Source: Candidatus Methylomirabilis sp. (GTDB lineage: Bacteria; Methylomirabilota; Methylomirabilia; Methylomirabilales; Methylomirabilaceae). Taken from it: 10,618 bases of DNA. Below the pieces are notes generated by a model. It was not told where the DNA came from. It was given only the letters and a program-made list of their open reading frames with translations, and did not search any database. A program made the position numbers and the translations under genes. How positions within the stretch are numbered: position 1 is the stretch's first letter; each line of letters starts with the position of its first letter. The DNA lies in assembly GCA_041498975.1 (NCBI GenBank), contig JBGQJI010000085.1, positions 1 to 10,618 of the forward strand. The letters run 5' to 3'. Positions 1 through 6,623 of this stretch are shown here, in pieces.

Positions 1-6
1 CCACAT

Positions 7-543
7 TTATCGATGATTGGCCGCGACACCACGCGACGGCCGCAAGACAATGGCCTGTTCACCGGCGATCTCAAGCAGCGAGAGCCGCATAACGCCACTT
101 TCCAGCCAGTGTGGCGCTAGCCGGCTCAGGCTGATCGGCAAGGCGTCTAGTTCCAGGCCAACCGGCTCGTGAACCAACCACCCTCCCTCCATCCGAAAGC
201 CAGCCCCCTGCTGTTGCCGATCCGGAGTCCCGGCGCCATATCCTTGGGTGGAGCTGGTCAGGAGGCGCAGTCGTGCGGTTGGCGTGATCTGGTAGGTCTC
301 GCGCCACTGAAAGTGCTCGACGGAGTGCTCCCAGGTCACGGTAAAACGCTCAGTTATTGGGACCGGAACGATCCGCAAGAGGCGGGGCGGAACGCTCTGA
401 GTCCAGATCTCCAGCTCCCTAGCACGCGCCACGCCTCCCGACAATAGGAGGATTCCAATGCAATAAAGCGTCACGCGACGCAACGCGGTCTCTCGTACCC
501 CAGGAAGACTCTGAGCCCTCCCCGTCGCCATCACGGGTATCAA
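7..543 (-). CDS. DUF1850-family protein (N-terminal hydrophobic anchor); true start uncertain (TTG 543, ATG 531 or later)
   Basis: Translation contains FTVTWEHSVEHFQWRETY...LRLLTSSTQGYGAGTP, matching the remembered DUF1850 pattern (FxxxxxHSVExxxxxExY...GAGxP). It is preceded by a hydrophobic stretch, LYCIGILLLSGG. Co-oriented and about 50 nt downstream of the cassette A permease. Confidence 0.7.
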   Translation of the reverse strand: MIPVMATGRAQSLPGVRETALRRVTLYCIGILLLSGGVARARELEIWTQSVPPRLLRIVPVPITERFTVTWEHSVEHFQWRETYQITPTARLRLLTSSTQGYGAGTPDRQQQGAGFRMEGGWLVHEPVGLELDALPISLSRLAPHWLESGVMRLSLLEIAGEQAIVLRPSRGVAANHR

Positions 544-594
544 CTCGACAACTCTCGCGGTTAGGTCAATGCGTTGGGGTGTGAAGCTTCGTGG

Positions 595-1704
595 CTACTT
601 GACGGCGCCGGTGGTCATGCCCGAAATGAAATAATCGAGGGATAGCGCGTACAAAATCACCACCGGGATCGACCCTATTATCGCAGACGCCATGAGCGGC
701 CCCCAGAAATATACGTCCCCGCGGACCATGTCCACCGTGATACCAACTGGCAGGGTCCGGTTCACGGTCGAGCTGATAAAGGTGAGTGCGTAGACGTACT
801 CCTGGAACGAGAGGGTGAAGGCGAAGATGGCCGCAGTCAGGATTCCTGGAAGCACGACCGGGATCACAACCAGGCGGAGCATCTGTAAGCGCGTCGCCCC
901 GTCCAGCAGCGCACGCTCTTCGATCTCCTTCGGGACGCTCCGGAAGAACCCCATGAGCAGCCACGTGCAGAACGGGACGGTAAATGTCGGGTATGTGAGA
1001 ATCAAAGACCAGATCGTGTTGGAGACCTTCAGCGCAGATACAAATTGGGAAAACGGAATGAACAGGATCGTCGACGGGATGAGGTAGGTCAGGAATATGG
1101 CGATCCCCACACCACGGTTGCCCGGAAAGCGCAACCTCGCCAGACCGTAGGCGGCCGGGACCGCCATCAGAAGCGTGATGACCACCACCACCGAGCCGGT
1201 CACGAGGCTCACCCGCATCCAGCGATAGAAGGGGGTGCTGAACAGATACCGGTAGTGTGTGAGGGTCGGGTTGGGCACATGGATGACGCCGATCACCTCG
1301 TTGGGATGCGCGATCTGCCCGGATTGAACGCGGACCTCCGCCAGCGTCCCATCAACCGGGCTTGTGATCTTCTGCTCACCGATAAATGCGATGGGCGCGG
1401 GATCTTGCTCACTGTCGCTCCGAGTGGTCTGGGCACTCTGGCCGATCTGCCACCGGATCACGCCCTCGACCAGTGATGCGGGCACGATGATGTCTTTGTG
1501 GTATGGCAACCCGCTGGCACTATCCACCCTCGAGAACCAAAAGGGATTCCTCCGAAGGTCGTACAGGTTTGCGTCAGCCTTCAGCGAAGTAATGAGCCCC
1601 CAATAGAATGGGAACAGAGCGAAGGCAAGGAAGGGAGCCAGCCCAAGGTATGAGAAGAGGTGGGGCTTGATCCGGTGCCAGACTGCCCCGCGCCCTTGCG
1701 CCAT
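595..1704 (-). CDS. Carbohydrate (CUT1) ABC transporter permease, MalG-like, with ~85-aa extracytoplasmic lipoyl-fold-like insertion
   Basis: FPFYWGLITSLK, AAYGLARLRFPG, YPTFTVPFCTWLLMGFFRSVPKEIEERALLDGA (EAA-type loop), TLPVG, C-terminal GMTTGAVK. Starts 2 nt after the stop of the upstream permease. Confidence 0.95.
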   Translation of the reverse strand: MAQGRGAVWHRIKPHLFSYLGLAPFLAFALFPFYWGLITSLKADANLYDLRRNPFWFSRVDSASGLPYHKDIIVPASLVEGVIRWQIGQSAQTTRSDSEQDPAPIAFIGEQKITSPVDGTLAEVRVQSGQIAHPNEVIGVIHVPNPTLTHYRYLFSTPFYRWMRVSLVTGSVVVVITLLMAVPAAYGLARLRFPGNRGVGIAIFLTYLIPSTILFIPFSQFVSALKVSNTIWSLILTYPTFTVPFCTWLLMGFFRSVPKEIEERALLDGATRLQMLRLVVIPVVLPGILTAAIFAFTLSFQEYVYALTFISSTVNRTLPVGITVDMVRGDVYFWGPLMASAIIGSIPVVILYALSLDYFISGMTTGAVK

Positions 1705-1706
1705 CG

Positions 1707-3044
1707 CTACGCCTCTCGACGAAGGAACTGGAGCATGAAGTAGACCATCACGGCCATGATCGGGAACATGAAGAGGGAAATCGCCGCGCCCCTGCCCAGG
1801 TACCCGGCGTTGACCCCTATTTGATAGGCGTAGGTCGAAAGGACCTGCGTCTGGTCATAGGGTCCCCCTTTCGTGATGATCCAGATGGTGTTGAAATCTG
1901 TAAAGCTGAAGATCACGGAGAAGAGGAGCGAGACCATCAGGATGGGCCGAACCATCGGCGAGATGATGTAGATGAACCGCTGGAAAGCGCTGGCGCCGTC
2001 CACACGGGCCCGCTCGATGATCTCGTCGGGAATGGCGGTGAGGCCGGCCAGGATCACGATCGTCGTGAAAGGGAAACCCCGCCACACGTTGACGAGGATG
2101 ACCGAAAACATGGCCCAGTCCTTATCGCCCCGGAAGTTGATGATATTGGCGGGCGTGATGATCCCCCAGTTGACCAGGCACCAGTTAATGACGCTGTAGG
2201 TAGAATCGAGGATCCACAGCCAAGCCTGCGCGCTGATGGCGATCGGAATCACCCAAGGGATCACGATGAGGCCGCGGAGAATCCTCCGGCCACCGAAGCG
2301 CCGGTTGAGCAACATGGCGCAGGGAACTCCGATGAACAGCTTGACGATCTCGGTCCCGAACGTGTACTTGAACGTGTTCTTGAGGGCCAGTGGGAAGTTC
2401 GGGTCTTGGACAACGCCCGTCCCGTTCGTCTTGACCCTGGTGTCGGCCTTCAGCAGGAGTTGCTCCTTTCGCATTCGGTCCAGCGCCCCTCTGGTAGCGA
2501 ACGGGCCCAGCGTGATCGGGGACTCTTTGGCGTGGGCCACAACGGCGTAGCTCCCCGCCTCTGGTCGGACCTCCCAGTCAAGGTCTTGAAGGATGGTCTC
2601 GCCCTGAAAGACGACGTCCTTCTCGTTTTCCATTTCGAGGAATGGGATCGTGCGGTCGGCAATCAGGAACGAGCCACGGAACCGCGCCCCCTGGGCCGGG
2701 GCGGTGACCACCTTCCCCTGGCTACGCTGCGCGACGAATGCCCGTGCGACCGCCTCGGTGGGAAACGTCGCGATCACGAAATCGTTGGCGAGGATTTCGT
2801 AACTTGACACGTGTGAATAATTGCCCAGGCCAATAAAACTCCACCGCTCATTACCGGCTTGCGCGTCGGTCAGGCTCAGATAGATGGACATGATGAACGG
2901 ATAGGCGATAAACAGGCTCAAGTAGAGGATGGCTGGCAGGATCAGCGCGTAACCAAGCGGTCGTTCCCTCTCGAGGAACTTGACCCGGCTGCGGGCCGGC
3001 GTTACAACCTCGGCGGGAAGCGCGGGCGCAGTCAGATCGCGCAC
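1707..3044 (-). CDS. Carbohydrate (CUT1) ABC transporter permease, MalF-like, with ~130-aa extracytoplasmic insertion
   Basis: LPAILYL..YPF, FIGLGNY, NVWRGFPF, LAGLTAIPDEIIERARVDGA, TKGGP. The GTG start overlaps the ATPase stop by 13 nt and has GGGAGA just upstream. Confidence 0.95.
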   Translation of the reverse strand: MRDLTAPALPAEVVTPARSRVKFLERERPLGYALILPAILYLSLFIAYPFIMSIYLSLTDAQAGNERWSFIGLGNYSHVSSYEILANDFVIATFPTEAVARAFVAQRSQGKVVTAPAQGARFRGSFLIADRTIPFLEMENEKDVVFQGETILQDLDWEVRPEAGSYAVVAHAKESPITLGPFATRGALDRMRKEQLLLKADTRVKTNGTGVVQDPNFPLALKNTFKYTFGTEIVKLFIGVPCAMLLNRRFGGRRILRGLIVIPWVIPIAISAQAWLWILDSTYSVINWCLVNWGIITPANIINFRGDKDWAMFSVILVNVWRGFPFTTIVILAGLTAIPDEIIERARVDGASAFQRFIYIISPMVRPILMVSLLFSVIFSFTDFNTIWIITKGGPYDQTQVLSTYAYQIGVNAGYLGRGAAISLFMFPIMAVMVYFMLQFLRREA

Positions 3045-4117
3045 TCGGTCTCCCGATCGAAGAGATACGCTCGATTCATATCGAACCAGAAATCGATGTG
3101 ATCGAGGCGCTGGACCCCTGCATAAATCTCGATCTCAACCTGGAATACCCCAGCGGAGCACGTGGCAGACACAATGACGTCGTGCCCGAGCGGCTCCACT
3201 TCGTCGATCACGGCCGGGACCTTCACCGCATATGGGCGCCCGTTGGGATCAAGCGAAATGTACTCGGGCCGGATTCCGAACACGACCGGGCGGCCGGCGG
3301 ACCCCACGAGATCCTGCCGGGCAAGTCGCAGTCGCAGCCCCCCCTCGAGGACGACCGCGGCTTGCCCGTCACTTGTCGCCAGCTCTCCGTTAAAGAAGTT
3401 CATGGGGGGGCTGCCAATGAAGCTGGCGACGAATTGGGTGGCCGGCCGATCGTACACCTCGAGGGGCGTACCGATCTGGCAGATGACGCCGTGGTTCATG
3501 ATCACGATCCGGTCGCCCATCGTCATCGCCTCGACCTGATCGTGAGTAACGTAGATCATCGTGGACTTGACGCTATGGTGGAGTCGCTTAAGCTCCGTGC
3601 GCATGTGCACGCGGAGCTTGGCGTCGAGATTCGACAACGGCTCATCGAAGAGGAGCACCCCTGCCTGGCGGCAGAGGGCCGCCCCCACCGCCACCCGCTG
3701 CCGCTGTCCGCCCGAGAGCTGCCTGGGCTTGCGCTCGAGATGCTCGCCGAGGCCGAGGATATCAGCGACTTCCCGGACGCGCCCGTCGATCTCCCGCTTA
3801 GGCAGTCTTCTGAGCTGGAGAGCAAACGCCATATTGCGATAGACCGTCATGTGGGGATACAGCGCGTAGCTCTGGAAGACCATGGCGATGTCGCGGTCAC
3901 GCGGGGGGAGATACGTCACCGACCGACCGCCGATCCGGATGTCGCCGCCGGACACCTCCTCCAATCCTGCGATCATGCGGAGGGTCGTCGTCTTGCCGCA
4001 TCCGGACGGGCCGACGAGGATAACGAACTCCTGGTCCTTCACGGTGAGGTCGATCCCGCGGACGGCCAGCACCTCACCGAACCGTTTCTCGACGTGCTCG
4101 AGCGTCACGTCTGCCAT
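3032..4117 (-). CDS. MalK/UgpC/MsmX-family ABC transporter ATP-binding protein with C-terminal TOBE/OB region
   Basis: Walker A GPSGCGKT, Q-loop MVFQSYALYPH, signature LSGGQRQR, Walker B/D-loop LLFDEPLSNLD, H-switch YVTHDQVEAM, FIGSPPMN, GIRPE. Confidence 0.97.
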   Translation of the reverse strand: MADVTLEHVEKRFGEVLAVRGIDLTVKDQEFVILVGPSGCGKTTTLRMIAGLEEVSGGDIRIGGRSVTYLPPRDRDIAMVFQSYALYPHMTVYRNMAFALQLRRLPKREIDGRVREVADILGLGEHLERKPRQLSGGQRQRVAVGAALCRQAGVLLFDEPLSNLDAKLRVHMRTELKRLHHSVKSTMIYVTHDQVEAMTMGDRIVIMNHGVICQIGTPLEVYDRPATQFVASFIGSPPMNFFNGELATSDGQAAVVLEGGLRLRLARQDLVGSAGRPVVFGIRPEYISLDPNGRPYAVKVPAVIDEVEPLGHDVIVSATCSAGVFQVEIEIYAGVQRLDHIDFWFDMNRAYLFDRETECAI

Positions 4118-4145
4118 GGCTGGCTCGCACGAAGGCGTAAGCGAG

Positions 4146-4178
4146 AGCGGCGTGCCGGTTTGCGGCCGCTACGCCGCT
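4146..4178 (-). promoter_or_regulatory. Intercistronic stem-loop after the solute-binding protein gene (probable mRNA-stabilising hairpin)
   Basis: AGCGGCGT (4146-4153) pairs with ACGCCGCT (4171-4178), with an inner GCCG/CGGC stem. No U-tract follows on the minus (coding) strand. Confidence 0.5.
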
Positions 4179-4189
4179 TTTCCCACTGT

Positions 4190-5497
4190 CTATCCGGCAC
4201 GCAGCTTCTGCTCCGCTTCATCCATCGCAGCCCGCGGCGCCTTCTGGCCGGTGCATACCTGCGCGAACATCGTGGGGACGATGAACTTGGCGTACATGGT
4301 CGTCGCTGTCTTGGTCATTGGGCCAGGAAAGCCGATGAACTTCACGTAATCCTGGTAATCCTGCAGGAGCATCAGCTTCGGCTCATGGCCGATCACCGGC
4401 ATGGGCTTCTTGAAGAAGGCTCTGAGGTAGGGATGATTGTAGCCGGTGGAGGATTCCATTCCCTTCAGACCCTCTTTGTTCATCGCGTATAGGAACTCCT
4501 TGGCCAGATCCTGCACCTTGGAGAACTTGTAGATCCCATACGACATGGTCCGAGCGCCCCCAACTCGAATCTCACCCGCCCCGATCGGCGCCTTCACGAT
4601 CTCCAAGTTCTTATAGACATCCGGCTGGTCTTTGGCCGCGGTCCGATATGCGCTGATGGGATTGCAAATCATCGAGCCCTTGCCGGAGGCGATGAACCGG
4701 TTGTTCGAGGTATCGTCCCAGCTCAGCACCTCGTCGGTCATCGTCTCCTTGAAGAGCGCTGCGCCGAACCGGAGCACCTCGACGATCTCCTTCTTGGCGA
4801 AGGCGATCTGCCCAACCGTGTTGAACATGTCGGCCTTGTAGCTAAGCATCATGGGGACCAGGTTATCGTTGGAGTCGGGCGTCTGCGATATGGGAATGCC
4901 CAGCGGATGGCCGGCCTTCTTCAGCTTTGCCCCGATTTGTCGGATATCCTCCCACGTGGTCTTGTCGGTGTAGTCCGCTCCGACTTCGTTGAAGTACTGG
5001 CGGTTGATAATCCAGGGGAAGCTCATGTACCAGTGCGGGATGCAGAGCCACTTGCCGCGGACCACAGCTACCGATGAGGCTTCAGGGATCCAGCCACCGA
5101 ATTCCTTTGCCAGCCGGTTGGAGACATCGGTCACGTCAACCAGCCCCTGATCGTAGAGCCACCCTCCCGTACCGTTCAAATGGAAGATGTCGTGACCGCC
5201 GCCTCGGGAGATGTCGGCTGCGATCGCGGTAGGGAGATCGGGCGTGGCGACATAGTCCACCTCGACCTTGACCTTGTGGGCCTCGCCAAAAGCCTTGGTG
5301 AAGACATCGAAGTACTTGTCATAATCGGGCACGAAGTGCTTCCAGTGGACGATCTTCAGGACCTTTTCCTGGGCCTCGGAAACGCGCCGTACCAAAATTG
5401 TCGGTGCGGCGACAGCCGCGCTCGCGGCAAGAGACAGCTTCAAGAAGTCGCGCCGCCCGATCCCAGCTTGCTTAGGGCTTTCGTGTCGCTTTTGCAT
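4190..5497 (-). CDS. Extracellular solute-binding protein (family 1) with twin-arginine (Tat) signal
   Basis: GRRDFLK twin-arginine motif followed by a hydrophobic stretch and EAQ. Body motifs WKHFVPDYD, LVDVTDV, GHPLG, WDDTSNNRF. Strong RBS GGAGG upstream (CCTCC at 5503-5507 on +). Confidence 0.95.
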   Translation of the reverse strand: MQKRHESPKQAGIGRRDFLKLSLAASAAVAAPTILVRRVSEAQEKVLKIVHWKHFVPDYDKYFDVFTKAFGEAHKVKVEVDYVATPDLPTAIAADISRGGGHDIFHLNGTGGWLYDQGLVDVTDVSNRLAKEFGGWIPEASSVAVVRGKWLCIPHWYMSFPWIINRQYFNEVGADYTDKTTWEDIRQIGAKLKKAGHPLGIPISQTPDSNDNLVPMMLSYKADMFNTVGQIAFAKKEIVEVLRFGAALFKETMTDEVLSWDDTSNNRFIASGKGSMICNPISAYRTAAKDQPDVYKNLEIVKAPIGAGEIRVGGARTMSYGIYKFSKVQDLAKEFLYAMNKEGLKGMESSTGYNHPYLRAFFKKPMPVIGHEPKLMLLQDYQDYVKFIGFPGPMTKTATTMYAKFIVPTMFAQVCTGQKAPRAAMDEAEQKLRAG

Positions 5498-5732
5498 TGC
5501 GTCCTCCTATGACGGGAGAACCCGACCTGCGGGCGCCCCGTGCTATGCAATTTGGAAATCCCCACTCATCCTCGGTGACGGATGTCGGACTGATTGGGCT
5601 AGGTTCATTGCTACGATGGGCTCGAGGGAACAGGGCCCAGGAAAACATAGCTACCCAGTACGATTCGTTTGTCTGGAGCGTGCGCACCCACTACTACATC
5701 GGACCGCCCATTGGGCCGGAAAAAGCGTCCCA

Positions 5733-5762
5733 AGAATGGCCAAATTTCCCATTCCCTGTCAA
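5733..5762 (-). promoter_or_regulatory. Candidate sigma70-type promoter for cassette A
   Basis: Minus strand reads TTGACA (5762-5757), an 18-nt spacer, then CATTCT (5738-5733), in an AT-richer patch of the intergenic region. Confidence 0.5.
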
Positions 5763-5820
5763 TAGAAAAGTGGCGCAGGGCGTAGAGGTTGAAGCCTCCT
5801 GGCCGGATTTCCGCGTTGTT

Positions 5821-5830
5821 GGTCATGACC
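5821..5830. promoter_or_regulatory. Perfect 10-bp palindrome GGTCATGACC, possible transcription-factor operator
   Basis: Seen directly, about 60 bp upstream of the candidate -35. Function is inferred only. Confidence 0.25.
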
Positions 5831-5985
5831 GGATAGACGCGCTCGACAAAACAGGGTATCCAGAATCATCGCCGGAGCCGATGCAACAAGCGGCATGACG
5901 GTTCTGTCGCCAAAGGCTCGGAGAATCGTGGGATTCGTTGGACAAGGGTGCGGTATCGCGGCGGTTCAGTCTGGGAGGGCGAGTC

Positions 5986-6489
5986 TCAGTAGGCCTTGTT
6001 AATCACGATGTCCACGTTCGTAGACCCCACGGTTACCGGATTCCCCGAGTAGGTTCCTTCGAGCGTGCCCGGCTTTGCAGCGCCCACCATCCCTGCCGGA
6101 TCGATGCGCGCCGTGACGTACACCTTGCCCACAAAAGTCGAACCGACAAGAGTGATGTCCTCAGACGTGAGCTTATACTGATAGGGGAAGGTGGCGTCGA
6201 AAACCCGATTGACGACGATGGCCGGCTTGTTGGGCGCCGCTGATGGCGAGGCCATGATCATGAGAAGCGGCCGTTTTCCCGCCTTCTGCTTGAGGGACGG
6301 GTCCAAGGTGATCGTGCCCGAGATGGCCGCTTCCTGGGTTGGCGCCGTCTCCGCGGCCGGAGCCGAGGGTCCAGCCTTCTTTTCCTCCTTCTTCTCCCCA
6401 CAGGCTTGTAGAACTATCAAGAGAGCGACAATGGTTAGCGCGATCGTGAACCCAGAGCGATGACGTTCCGTTGTCGTCACTTTTCGCAT
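5986..6489 (-). CDS. Lipoprotein with a stand-alone CcmI/CycH C-terminal Ig-like domain
   Basis: Hydrophobic signal ending in lipobox LQAC (Cys30), then a Lys/Glu and Ala/Pro linker. ISGTITLDPSL..LMIMA...P..V.R....FPYQYKLTSED...VYVTARIDPAG....PGTLEG resembles the CycH/CcmI C-terminal domain pattern. RBS GGAGG abuts the start (6490-6494). Confidence 0.7.
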   Translation of the reverse strand: MRKVTTTERHRSGFTIALTIVALLIVLQACGEKKEEKKAGPSAPAAETAPTQEAAISGTITLDPSLKQKAGKRPLLMIMASPSAAPNKPAIVVNRVFDATFPYQYKLTSEDITLVGSTFVGKVYVTARIDPAGMVGAAKPGTLEGTYSGNPVTVGSTNVDIVINKAY

Positions 6490-6623
6490 CCTCCAAGATT
6501 ACAGTCCCCCGGCACTCCGCTAGTGCCGTTCGAGCTACTTGCGCCAAAATAGTGAGAATATGGAAGGCGATAGTTCTTAGCAGGACATCTGTCGGCGATT
6601 GGCTGCAACGAGCTTGAACGGTA

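Noticed and set aside
1369..1371. Lys112 of the MalG insert as a lipoylation or biotinylation site
   Set aside because: It is not in a DKA or MKM context, aligns off the hairpin tip, and is predicted to be extracytoplasmic, away from the ligases.
1821..2807. 328-aa plus-strand ORF and the other short ORFs overlapping the permeases
   Set aside because: They are fully nested in or antisense to well-supported CDSs and have no independent evidence.
3098..4492. 464-aa plus-strand ORF
   Set aside because: Antisense to the clearly real ATPase and binding-protein genes; such shadow ORFs are common opposite ABC ATPases.
5497..5898. 133-aa plus-strand ORF (and minus-strand 5472..5687 and 5611..5826) in the large intergenic region
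   Set aside because: No RBS or recognisable motif, and they overlap the RBS and candidate promoter of the binding-protein gene. More likely non-coding.
6510..6560. 7-bp hairpin CGGCACT/AGTGCCG and a TGGCGC..GC sigma54-like motif upstream of the lipoprotein
   Set aside because: The GG-to-GC spacing is 8 rather than the required 10, and the short hairpin has no U-tract on the coding strand and could be chance.
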